DNA from: Waddliaceae bacterium
Lineage (GTDB): Bacteria > Chlamydiota > Chlamydiia > Chlamydiales > Waddliaceae
Length of the DNA: 64,000 nt
Direction: 5' to 3'
Assembly: GCA_963749725.1 (NCBI GenBank)
Contig: CAVVNU010000014.1
Coordinates: 998-64,997, forward strand
This document shows positions 28,922-37,736 of this stretch, one piece after another. The notes under the pieces were generated by a model. The model did no database searches. It had not been told where the DNA came from and saw nothing but the letters and a program-made list of their open reading frames with translations. The translations under genes were made by a program, and so were the position numbers. Position 1 is the stretch's first letter. Each line of letters begins with the position of its first letter.

Positions 28922-31617
28922 TTTTTACCTCCTATTTTTTCTGTTAACCGCTTTGCCCACTTTTTGAGATAAGCGTATTCATCACCCTCGGCCAATAACT
29001 TTTCGCCATAAGTTAAACACCTTTTAGCCTCTGAAAAACTGCCTTGTTCGATATAACATTCAGCCGCATGAATAAAAGGCTCGGGAGCTGCCGGATTCAA
29101 AGAATTTGCCATTGAAAAAGAATCGAGAGCAGAATCCAAATCTGTTTTTTCCAGTTTTTTTGCCATACCGTACCCAAACCAATATCGATAATCATTGACA
29201 TTCATCGAAACCAAAGTAAAAAAAGCATCGGCGGCATCTGTATATTTTTTATTTTCGAACAAATATCGCGCTGTTTCATACAAAACATCCATTTGTTCCT
29301 TTGCAAGGCCTATCACTTGGTACCAGTTTTTCTGATTTTGCTGATTGAATGCTTCTGAAACTTTTTTTAAATCGGTAAATTCCATAATCTTTTCAATTGG
29401 CAGGTTTAAAGCCTGAATAATTTCTTTTCGTTTTGCCTCTTGATTCACTTCCATTGCTTGAAATAAGACTTTCCAACCTCTCTTGCATCGGTCCTGAAAT
29501 TCTTCAAACTTTCTTTTAAATTCCAACTTCATGCGCTTGAGCTTTAACTCAGGACTTTCAAGATCTGCTTCGCTTGGGAGATAAGTTTGTTGAAAGCAGT
29601 TTTCCGCCAGCTTCTCCGCGCATTCTTCCACAGTTAATTTTACACGATTGATCCCTTCATCAGGTGTTTGGGGCAAAGAAGCTTTTTCTTCTATTTGAGT
29701 ATTCTCTTGCAATTGACGCTCTTTCACCTCTCTTTCGCTGCCGCCTTCAGGCTGCGCATATTCGGATTCAAGCTGCCGGGTTTGAATATCGGTTTCCAGA
29801 TGCTGTTCAATCGATTTCCCCTCCTCTCCATCGCTCAAAAGGCCGTTTTTTTTACCGTTCTCCTCTTGCACTTTGTCCATAACAGGCATTTCCTCTACCG
29901 AAGACACCTCTTCTTCATGAGCAGGCGCTTGCTCCTCGCGCTTTAATTCTTTTCTAATTGATGCTTTATCTTTTGAAGAAGGCAAAGATTTTTCAAGCTC
30001 CTTAACGTGTGCGGCGGCCGGCTTATCAGGAGTTGATGCCGTTTCAATTAACGTGCGTCTATTAACCAAAAACTCTGCTTTCAAAACGCTTGCAGATATG
30101 GAAATTCCATCAACGGCTTTCAACATCATGTAGGAAAGCGGATCCCTAGAAAAATGCGATATTTCCAGTAAAATTTTAACGTTTTCAGCCGCCTCTTTGC
30201 CAAAGTTCCCCTCAATGATCTTTCTTAAAAAATTAGCCTGTTTGTCAATCTGTTCTGCTTCTTGTTCGATATCTTGCCCATAACTACCTATATACAATAC
30301 AATTGCGATCCTCGATAAGTCTTCAGGAGATAAACCTTGGAAACTTTCCTGAATCTGAAAAGACAGATCCCGGGTTGATGCCATCCCGACAATCGGGCAA
30401 ATTCCTTGCTTCAGAGACTGCGAGATCTTTTGCGAGGCGCCTTGGGCAGACTCTTTTAACACATCACGGCTCAAACGATCTCCAATCACGATAAACGAGG
30501 CTCCTTGATCTTTAAACAGATCAAGAAAAACCCGGTCTCCTAAGCGCCCTAGCCCCATTGAATGCCCCCAAATCCCCCAATTCAGTCCTTCCAAATTTGG
30601 TTTTTGCTCCAAACTGCCGAAAGGCAGAGCAAAAAGACATTCAATATCTATTAAATCCTGTGCTTCAGCAATAAATTCATGCGATCGTTTAATAAGTTTT
30701 TCTAAATCATCAAATGCATGGCAATAGACGAAGCAGATACTCTTTCTCTTCCCTCTATAAAACAGATCTTCCAAGGGTTTATTTTCAACAATTAGCTCTT
30801 TTACCTCCGAATTTTCTTCTTGATTTTCAACCTCGCGCTCTTCAATAAAAATTTCTTTTTGAGGAAGCTCTTGTTGAACAGATTTCTTTTCAACTGCAGC
30901 AACAGGATTAAAGTGTTTCGGAAGAATATTGGAATTTATGCAAACACCGTCAAACGGGTTTTGCAAACAAATATCCCACCATTTGGGAGCGTATTTAGGA
31001 ACCAACAATAAAATTTTAACATTTTTTGCATACTCCTCTCCCCCAATCTCTTTAAGAATCCCTCGGCAATTTTGCACGGCAGTTTGCAAATCGTCGACAT
31101 TCATTAATTTAAGAGGAGATGAGTCAATATGACAGACGATCGATACCCGGCTTCTTTCATCTTCGGATAAATCTTGAAGACTTTCCTTCAACAGATCCTC
31201 AAACCCATTTTTTGAATCCGACTCCGATGCAAAAACACGCAATAATACAGGAAGCCCTGATTTAACAGATGATTTGACTTTCTTTTTTATGGTCAATAAT
31301 TCCTCTCGATCCGCATTTGTTTTTTCAAGATCGCCGACGATGACGAATTCTGCATCAATATCTTTAAAAATCTGATTTTCGACTGATAAAGAAAATTTAG
31401 AACTTCCATTGCTGCCAATTGAAAAAGCTCCAAAACGAATCTCAGGAAAGTTCTTTTTTGCCTCATGCGAAAGTTGTCTAACATCCGATACTGCAACAAG
31501 AGCATCGATGCTGCAAAAGTCTATATATTGATTTTTCAGCTCATGAATACCTTTTATAATTTTTTCAAAATTATCATAAGGTTTACAAGAAACTAAACAA
31601 ATAAACCTTTTATCCAT
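28918..31617 (-). CDS. Tandem pseudo-triosephosphate-isomerase domains, acidic linker and SycD/LcrH-like TPR domain (~899 aa)
   Basis: Two ~230-aa repeats with TIM-like segments (FKDIDAEFVIVG / FKDQGASFIVIG; SGLPVLL / QGICPIV; NVKILL; PFDG / AVDG) lacking catalytic K/H/E; C-terminal LYETARYLFENKKYTDAADAFF..YWFGYG..NPAAPEPFIHAAECY; likely start MDKRF at 31617. Confidence 0.75.
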   Translation of the reverse strand: MDKRFICLVSCKPYDNFEKIIKGIHELKNQYIDFCSIDALVAVSDVRQLSHEAKKNFPEIRFGAFSIGSNGSSKFSLSVENQIFKDIDAEFVIVGDLEKTNADREELLTIKKKVKSSVKSGLPVLLRVFASESDSKNGFEDLLKESLQDLSEDERSRVSIVCHIDSSPLKLMNVDDLQTAVQNCRGILKEIGGEEYAKNVKILLLVPKYAPKWWDICLQNPFDGVCINSNILPKHFNPVAAVEKKSVQQELPQKEIFIEEREVENQEENSEVKELIVENKPLEDLFYRGKRKSICFVYCHAFDDLEKLIKRSHEFIAEAQDLIDIECLFALPFGSLEQKPNLEGLNWGIWGHSMGLGRLGDRVFLDLFKDQGASFIVIGDRLSRDVLKESAQGASQKISQSLKQGICPIVGMASTRDLSFQIQESFQGLSPEDLSRIAIVLYIGSYGQDIEQEAEQIDKQANFLRKIIEGNFGKEAAENVKILLEISHFSRDPLSYMMLKAVDGISISASVLKAEFLVNRRTLIETASTPDKPAAAHVKELEKSLPSSKDKASIRKELKREEQAPAHEEEVSSVEEMPVMDKVQEENGKKNGLLSDGEEGKSIEQHLETDIQTRQLESEYAQPEGGSEREVKERQLQENTQIEEKASLPQTPDEGINRVKLTVEECAEKLAENCFQQTYLPSEADLESPELKLKRMKLEFKRKFEEFQDRCKRGWKVLFQAMEVNQEAKRKEIIQALNLPIEKIMEFTDLKKVSEAFNQQNQKNWYQVIGLAKEQMDVLYETARYLFENKKYTDAADAFFTLVSMNVNDYRYWFGYGMAKKLEKTDLDSALDSFSMANSLNPAAPEPFIHAAECYIEQGSFSEAKRCLTYGEKLLAEGDEYAYLKKWAKRLTEKIGGKK

Positions 31618-31849
31618 CAACAAACCTAAAATTAATAAAAAAAACCACTTATATATGATTATTATACTAATGTTTATAAATATTGTATAGAGGTATACCT
31701 CTTCAAATTGAAGAATCGGTAACAAGAGAGAAAAATTCAAATAATCCTGTAAAAAATAAGCTGTTTCCTCCCAAATAACAGGCTGCTTGGCTGTGTACCT
31801 AAAAGACCCAGTAGGCTACAATGTCTCCTTTCAATTTATGCTTGCTACG

Positions 31850-32263
31850 ATGGATTTTTTTACCACAGAGCTCACCGAGCCCACAGAGAGAAGAGAGAAT
31901 GACACTTTAACTGGTGAAATTATAGGTGCAGCCATAGAAGTTCATCGAAGTTTAGGGCCGGGACTTCTTGAGTCTGCATATGTTGCATGTCTAGCCTATG
32001 AGCTCCGTTTAAGAAAATTAAAAGTGGAACAAGAAGTACCATTACCAATTTTCTATAAGGACGTTATGCTCGATTGTGGATACCGGTTAGATTTAGTCGT
32101 GGATGATCAAGTAATTATAGAGGTTAAGTCTGTTAAGGCATTGACGCCCTTATATGAGGCCCAATTGCTTTCCTATATCAAAATGTCTGATTACCATAAG
32201 GGCTTGCTAATCAACTTCAATGTGAAAATGCTGAAGGATGGTATTCGAAGAATGAGAAATTGA
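31850..32263 (+). CDS. GxxExxY family protein (PD-(D/E)XK-like nuclease)
   Basis: IIGAAIEVHRSLGPGLLESAY, YRLDLVV, IIEVKSV, AQLLSY, GLLINFN; likely start ATG 31850. Confidence 0.92.
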   Translation: MDFFTTELTEPTERRENDTLTGEIIGAAIEVHRSLGPGLLESAYVACLAYELRLRKLKVEQEVPLPIFYKDVMLDCGYRLDLVVDDQVIIEVKSVKALTPLYEAQLLSYIKMSDYHKGLLINFNVKMLKDGIRRMRN

Positions 32264-32300
32264 ATTCTCTCTGTGATCTCGGTGAGCTCTGTGGTAAAAA
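31857..32300. repeat. 35-bp inverted repeats bracketing the GxxExxY gene
   Basis: TTTTTACCACAGAGCTCACCGAGCCCACAGAGAGA (31857-31891) vs reverse complement of 32266-32300, 33/35 identical. Confidence 0.92.
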
Positions 32301-32313
32301 TCAAAAAAGCTGC

Positions 32314-33351
32314 CTAAGTTGGAGCGCCGATGGCTCTGAATCTATCACGTATTCTGCCAGCAAACTCTTGCCCAAAAACAGACGTTGGATCCAGCCCCGA
32401 TATATTTTCCAAAAAGCTCATTATAGCCTGTTTAAATTCGTGAAAATCTTCGTAATACGTGTTGTACAGCACTCGTTCTTTCATCCATTTCCAAACCCGC
32501 TCAATCGGGTTTAAATTTGGACTGTAAGGAGGAAGAAAATGTAAGTTGATTTTAGAATTTTGGAGATGTGAAATTACACTCTTATTTCGGTAATAGCGAG
32601 CATTATCACAAAACACATGTATTTTATCCTTAGTTGGATAGGCGTCCTCAATCTTCTTAAGGAAAGAGATAGTAGATTCGGCATTCAGCGTCTTATCTTC
32701 CTGAACATGCAATTTCGATGAAAGTAAATCAACAGCACCAGAAAGATTTAGTCGAGATCTTCCGCTATTTGCAGCAATTTCCTTGCGTAATCCTGTCTTG
32801 ATCCAGCCATAGGTCACTTGAGTATTGTGAGTAGGATGCACTCCATCCATAAAACAAATCGTTTCTCCATCTGTCAAAGACCTTTTTAGTTGTTCGTATT
32901 CCTCAATCCATTTCTCTTGACGCTCCTTATCTGCTTTACCTGGAACGAGGGCTGGTTTTTTATAGGAAAATCCATGTCGATGCATCCAATTGCACAGTCC
33001 TGGCACGGTATAATCAATTTTGAACACTGTTTTTACATACAACAAAATATCTTTAATATAGAGATAGGTATGCTCTTGTAAATGCTTTTCAAGCTGTTCT
33101 GATTGATCTAAAGAGAGCTTTTCTACAGAGCCACCATTTTCCGGTTTCAACTTTTTTGACTCTTTATAATCTCGAATGTGTTGGCGAATAGCGTCATCAG
33201 AAAGTAAAAGGGCTTCTGCGATTTGCATAAGAGTCCACCCCTTGTCGTAAAGCAGAACAGCTTTGATGCGATCACAAATTCGTTTATCCCTCTCTTTTTT
33301 ATGTTGGGCCACCAAATCGCTTCGTTCGTAAACAGTAAGGAAATTTCTCAT
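32314..33351 (-). CDS. IS630-family transposase (intact frame)
   Basis: N-terminal HTH, FSYKKP, FMDGVHP, DNARY, LPPYSPNLNPIERVW. Confidence 0.95.
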   Translation of the reverse strand: MRNFLTVYERSDLVAQHKKERDKRICDRIKAVLLYDKGWTLMQIAEALLLSDDAIRQHIRDYKESKKLKPENGGSVEKLSLDQSEQLEKHLQEHTYLYIKDILLYVKTVFKIDYTVPGLCNWMHRHGFSYKKPALVPGKADKERQEKWIEEYEQLKRSLTDGETICFMDGVHPTHNTQVTYGWIKTGLRKEIAANSGRSRLNLSGAVDLLSSKLHVQEDKTLNAESTISFLKKIEDAYPTKDKIHVFCDNARYYRNKSVISHLQNSKINLHFLPPYSPNLNPIERVWKWMKERVLYNTYYEDFHEFKQAIMSFLENISGLDPTSVFGQEFAGRIRDRFRAIGAPT

Positions 33352-33455
33352 GAAAAGAATTATTACGTATGAATGAATTTTGGAAAAGGATTTTCAGAAA
33401 AACATCTCCATCCTGCCAGTGGAAATCCCGGCTCTTGAATCAAGAGAGGTATATG

Positions 33456-33498
33456 TATACCGCTCGTGTTTCAAAATTTGGTTTTTGGCAAAGAAAAA
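33456..33498 (+). repeat. Family-A half MITE (left arm)
   Basis: TATACCGCTCGTGTTTCAAAATTTGGTTTTTGGCAAAG abutting the IS630 end. Confidence 0.8.
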
Positions 33499-33564
33499 CA
33501 TTATTAAATTTACAGAATCTAAACATTTACATCTTAAAATTTAAGCAAGACAGAAGGAGATCTA

Positions 33565-34404
33565 ATGAAGATAAAATGTATAAAGTCAATTCCTAAAAAT
33601 TATTCTACTCCAAAAAATTCCTTATTTGGAGAAGTAACTTATGGAGGACAAAAATATACAGTTTTAGGCTGCTCAAAAAAACGTTTTTCCTTTTTACATA
33701 GGATGAAAGTTGGAATTCGCGTTTTTCTAAAAACAATATTTACGTTGGGGATTTGGTTGTGTTCTGAAAAAACAAGAGATGATTGGAAAGCATTTTGGAA
33801 TGGAAAGCGAGTTGTAATGTTATATACTGATTCTGAAAATCTTATTGAAAATGTTAAAAAGGCTAATCGATATAAAAAGGAAGCGAAAAATGATGATGCC
33901 CGCGCTCAATGTCATCTTGGCGTTATGTATGCAGAAGGCCGAGGGGTTGAGCAAAATGATAAAAAAGCGGCGGAGTATTTTCGTCAAGCAGCAAAGAAGG
34001 GGAGTGCTCGCGCTCAATATCATCTCGGCATTATGTATGCAAAAGGCCAAGGGGTTGAGCAAAATGTTAAAAAAGCGCTGAAGTATCTTGATCGAGCAGC
34101 ATTTAAGGGGTGTACTCCAGCTCTAGATGCTCTCGGTGTTATGTATGCGGAAGGTCTAGGATTGGTTAAGCAAGATGATACAATAGCGCTGAGCTATTTT
34201 CATGCAGCAGCAAAGAAGGGGCATGCTCCAGCTCAATATCATCTCGGCCTTATGTATGCGGAAGGCCGAGTAAGAGGGATTGAGCAAAGTGAAAGTAAAA
34301 GAAAGGCAGTGGAATATTATACTAAGGCAGCGGATAAAGGGTATACTCCAGCTCTAGAAGCTCTCAAGGTTATACGTACGGAGGAGGAGGTGGTGGGTGA
34401 GTAG
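33565..34404 (+). CDS. Sel1-like repeat protein, probably C-terminally truncated
   Basis: Four AQxHLGxMYAxGxGVEQ-type repeats; stop codon lies in antisense group II intron sequence. Confidence 0.88.
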   Translation: MKIKCIKSIPKNYSTPKNSLFGEVTYGGQKYTVLGCSKKRFSFLHRMKVGIRVFLKTIFTLGIWLCSEKTRDDWKAFWNGKRVVMLYTDSENLIENVKKANRYKKEAKNDDARAQCHLGVMYAEGRGVEQNDKKAAEYFRQAAKKGSARAQYHLGIMYAKGQGVEQNVKKALKYLDRAAFKGCTPALDALGVMYAEGLGLVKQDDTIALSYFHAAAKKGHAPAQYHLGLMYAEGRVRGIEQSESKRKAVEYYTKAADKGYTPALEALKVIRTEEEVVGE

Positions 34405-34560
34405 GCCAAAGGAACCTCCCCCTTAGCCCCTCGCAGAACGGTACGCGAGCCTCTCAACTCATACCGCTCCCATTAGGCAAACGCTCCCTTCATACCTACA
34501 CGCCAGTGTGTAAACATTTCCTTTTGCGATCAGCGAACTGCGGGAGATTTGACGCAGCCC
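34397..34560 (-). mobile_element. Group II intron 3' fragment (end of IEP ORF, domain V, domain VI)
   Basis: Minus strand reads ...MFTHWRVGMKGAFA* then GAGCGGTATGAGTTGAGAGGCTCGCGTACCGTTCTGCGAGGGG (DV-like) and AAGGGGGAGGTTCCTTTGGCCTACTCAC (DVI-like, AC end). Confidence 0.82.
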
Positions 34561-34592
34561 AATGTATATGAATTTATGCAATTAGACACTAG
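34560..34592. repeat. Family-D IS-end-like repeat
   Basis: CAATGTATATGAATTTATGCAATTAGACACTAG; also at 43406-43438 and partially at 42581-42601. Confidence 0.7.
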
Positions 34593-34649
34593 CCCGCCCT
34601 CCTTTCATCAAATTATAGATATTTCTTTTTGTAATGTGAATGTTAGTTA

Positions 34650-34995
34650 TACTGAGTCCGATTGTCCTTAAAACTGCAGCGGCCGTTCTCTTTCCGCGAG
34701 CAAGGATGGCGCCTAAGAGTAGTGTAGAGGCTATTCTCCAGGTGCAGGAAGAAAATAGTATAGAAAATGGGGCAATAATAGATATGATATGCGGCGATAG
34801 AGAGTGAAATGTCATAAATGACTAAGCTCCTTCCTCAGGCTTGGCCTGCTCATAAATTTTGGTTCCAGACATTTAAAAAGTGGAATAACCCGTGTAATAA
34901 ACGGGTAGATTCTCTGTGTCTTTGAGCCTCTGTGTTTCAATTATTTTTGTGGAACCAGTACGTTTGAAGGATATGCAAAATTTTGCAAAGTCGAG
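34650..34995 (-). pseudogene. IS701-like element left end and transposase N-terminal fragment
   Basis: 34917-34995 is the exact reverse complement of 6719-6797; ORF MTFHSLSPHIISIIAPFSILFS..W..LLLGAILARGKRT..VLRTIGLS. Confidence 0.75.
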
Positions 34996-35140
34996 TGTAT
35001 TGCGTTTTGCAGTCTGTTGGAAATGTGATATTCTTTTCCATTACTGTTGTGTCCACAATTGCTTTTTGCAAGCTGTTTTTATTGACTTCTTTAAAAATCT
35101 TTGCAAAATTTTACATTAAATATTTTAAACAGACTCTCAA

Positions 35141-35176
35141 ATCCAAAAACCAAATTTTGAGATAGCAAGCGGTATA
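35141..35176 (-). repeat. Family-A half MITE (right arm) upstream of purC
   Basis: CCAAAAACCAAATTTTGAGATAGCAAGCGGTATA. Confidence 0.7.
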
Positions 35177-35196
35177 TCAACACCCATTTTTTCACT

Positions 35197-36405
35197 ATGA
35201 AACTGCAGCATCAGACGCATTCTACTCTATGTTCAACATCTATTCCCGAACTTGGGCAGGCCGAACAAGGAAAGGTTCGCGATATTTATCGTTTGGATGA
35301 TAAACGGCTGATTCTAATCGCTACCGATCGAATCTCCATATTCGATAGAGTGTTAAATCAAACGATTAGAGATAAAGGAAAAACGTTAAACCTGCTCGCT
35401 GAGTTTTGGTTGAATCAAACACAAGACATCATCGCAAACCACATGCTGGATGTCCCCGATCCTAATGTCATGGTTGTTCAATTTTGCAGGCCGCTGCCCA
35501 TTGAAGTTGTCGTTCGCGGATATATTGCAGGTTCAATGTGGCGGGATTATGCAAAAGGCAAGCGCGTTAAATGCGGAATATCTCTTCCTGACAATCTTAA
35601 AAAACACGACCCTCTTCCCGAACCTATCATCAGCCCCTCAACCAAAAACCGCCTAGGCCATGATCTTGATATATCGGAACAAGAACTGGTTAAAAAAGGC
35701 ATAGTCGCAAAAGAACTTTGGAAAGAAATTGCAGATAAAGCAATCCGCCTTTTTCAAAGAGGAACCGAAAGAATGCAATCTAACGGAATCATCTTAGTCG
35801 ACACCAAATATGAGTTTGGAATCGATGATTCAGGAAATCTCATGCTAATTGATGAAATCCATACGCCGGATTCTTCTCGGTTTTGGTTTGCAAATGATCA
35901 AGCGAAATCGTTTCGGGATAAAGAATATCTGCGGGAATGGTCTATGCAAAATAGTTTTATGGGAGATGGCCGAATTCCGGACATTCCGACTGATGTGCAA
36001 GAAAATATGCGATCCGGTTATCTGAAGCTCTACCAAGCAATGACTAATACATCCATCCCTAACACATCAGAAAGCATCCATGATCGTCTTTACAAGAACT
36101 TGACAAACAAAAATCTTATACAAGGCCGCTGCATCATTATTTTCGCGCAAAAAAGCAAACATTCAATTAAAAGCATGTGCCGGCTTTTTAAAAAACATCA
36201 TATTCCTTTTTTCATACACCCTTATTCTGAAGAATTTATTTCAAAACTTAACCGATCCATAGAGCCTTTAGTTTGCATCGATCTCGATCAAAGATACAAC
36301 GGGGGTTTGAAATGGCCTGTATTATCGAGCGGGTTAAAATATTCAATGAATGAAACGGCTTTGTCTGCAATTCAGCTTATCAACACAATGGAGATTCCAA
36401 TATGA
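35197..36405 (+). CDS. purC: SAICAR synthetase with degenerate PurE-like C-terminal domain
   Basis: GKVRDIY, TDRIS, EVVVRGY, DTKYEFG, LIDEIHTPDSSRFW, DKEYLR; ~90-aa extra C-terminus. Confidence 0.93.
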   Translation: MKLQHQTHSTLCSTSIPELGQAEQGKVRDIYRLDDKRLILIATDRISIFDRVLNQTIRDKGKTLNLLAEFWLNQTQDIIANHMLDVPDPNVMVVQFCRPLPIEVVVRGYIAGSMWRDYAKGKRVKCGISLPDNLKKHDPLPEPIISPSTKNRLGHDLDISEQELVKKGIVAKELWKEIADKAIRLFQRGTERMQSNGIILVDTKYEFGIDDSGNLMLIDEIHTPDSSRFWFANDQAKSFRDKEYLREWSMQNSFMGDGRIPDIPTDVQENMRSGYLKLYQAMTNTSIPNTSESIHDRLYKNLTNKNLIQGRCIIIFAQKSKHSIKSMCRLFKKHHIPFFIHPYSEEFISKLNRSIEPLVCIDLDQRYNGGLKWPVLSSGLKYSMNETALSAIQLINTMEIPI

Positions 36406-37694
36406 AAATATTAGTCCTGGGTTCCGGCGGCAGAGAGCATGCTCTTGCCAACACTTTTCATCGACAAGGATATCAAGTCTATTGTTTGCCCGGAAATGGA
36501 GGCACGAAAACTTTTTGCGAGCCTATTTCATCTGAATGGAACTCATTCCACCTCGATGAACACGAGCGCTTGCTGGAATTTATTGAACAATACAAAATCA
36601 CCTTGTCTGTGGTCGGTCCGGAGATGCCTTTGGCAAATGGAATCGTCGATTTTTTACAAAAGCACGATGTCAGGGTTTTCGGCCCGACAAAAACCGGAGC
36701 CCAATTAGAAAGCAGCAAAATGCGGGCAAAATCTTTTATGCACGCTCATCAAATTCCAACAGCTGCTTCTTTTGCCTGCAACAACTCTCAAGAAGCCCTT
36801 GATGTAATTCATCGGCAATTTCCTAAATGGAACGGCCTCGTTATCAAACCGGACGGCCTCACTGCAGGAAAAGGGGTAACGCTCTGCAAAACCCTTCAAG
36901 AAGCGCATGAAGCGATCGATCTCATCATGGAAGTAGGCAAATATGGAAACGCAGGCAGACGCATCATTGTTGAAGAAATGTTAACAGGACCTGAAATTTC
37001 CATTTTAGCCTTTTCAGACGGAAATATAATGATCCCTATGATTCCCTCTCAAGATCATAAAAAACTACTGGATGGAGATAAAGGTCCCAATACCGGCGGA
37101 GTCGGGGCGTATGCTCCGGTTCCTTTTATTAAAGAACAGGATCTTCAAATAATTCATCAAGAAATTATTGAAAAAACAAATCTAGGACTAAAAAAAGAGG
37201 GAATTTCGTACAAAGGAATTTTATACTTTGGTTTAATTCTTACAGCATCGGGACCTAAAGTCCTTGAATTCAACTGCCGCTTTGGCGACCCGGAGGCTCA
37301 AGTGGTTTTACCTTTACTGGAAAGCGATTTAAAAGAAATCATGTCGGCCTGCATCGATGGAAAACTTCATGAACTTCCTCCTTTAAAATGGAAAAACAAG
37401 TGGGCTTGCGGCGTTGTTATTTATTCCAAAGGCTATCCGAGGGAATACAAAACCGGCTATCCGATTAATGGACTGGAAAATACAAAAAAAATTTCCGGCC
37501 TGCATATCTTTCACTCCGGCACAAAAATCAATCTCGAAGGGTCTCTGGTGACTTCGGGAGGTCGAGTATTGACTATTACTGCTCTAGAGGATTCATTAAT
37601 GAAAAGCATTGAAAAATCCTATCGGGGCGCTGCGCACATTGACTTTGAAGGCGCAGCCTTTCGAAAAGACATTGCTCATCAAGCTTGCAAATAA
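36402..37694 (+). CDS. purD: Phosphoribosylamine--glycine ligase
   Basis: GSGGREHAL, VVGPE, LESSK, GKGV, QDHK, GPNTGG, EFNCRFGDPE, GGRVL. Confidence 0.97.
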   Translation: MKILVLGSGGREHALANTFHRQGYQVYCLPGNGGTKTFCEPISSEWNSFHLDEHERLLEFIEQYKITLSVVGPEMPLANGIVDFLQKHDVRVFGPTKTGAQLESSKMRAKSFMHAHQIPTAASFACNNSQEALDVIHRQFPKWNGLVIKPDGLTAGKGVTLCKTLQEAHEAIDLIMEVGKYGNAGRRIIVEEMLTGPEISILAFSDGNIMIPMIPSQDHKKLLDGDKGPNTGGVGAYAPVPFIKEQDLQIIHQEIIEKTNLGLKKEGISYKGILYFGLILTASGPKVLEFNCRFGDPEAQVVLPLLESDLKEIMSACIDGKLHELPPLKWKNKWACGVVIYSKGYPREYKTGYPINGLENTKKISGLHIFHSGTKINLEGSLVTSGGRVLTITALEDSLMKSIEKSYRGAAHIDFEGAAFRKDIAHQACK

Positions 37695-37736
37695 AAATTA
37701 ACTATGTGAAATTATCTTTTTAACAAAGGAGCCTTT

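Larger units (their letters stand above)
31694..33453 (-). mobile_element. IS630-family element carrying a nested GxxExxY cassette
   Basis: Imperfect TIRs TATACCTCTTCAAATTGAAG (from 31694) and TATACCTCTCTTGATTCAAG (reverse complement, ending 33453), TA-terminated, 15/20 identical. Confidence 0.65.

Noticed and set aside
31618-31740. Hydrophobic N-terminal extension of the 940-aa ORF suggesting a membrane anchor
   Set aside because: It starts at TTG inside the IS630 end and crosses AT-rich intergenic DNA; the real start is more likely ATG 31617.
33890-34370. ~108-bp tandem DNA repeats
   Set aside because: Explained by 36-aa Sel1 repeats.
34397-34560. DGR or retron interpretation of the RT-associated sequence
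   Set aside because: No RT gene, template/variable repeat pair or msr-msd structure seen; the sequence fits group II intron DV/DVI.
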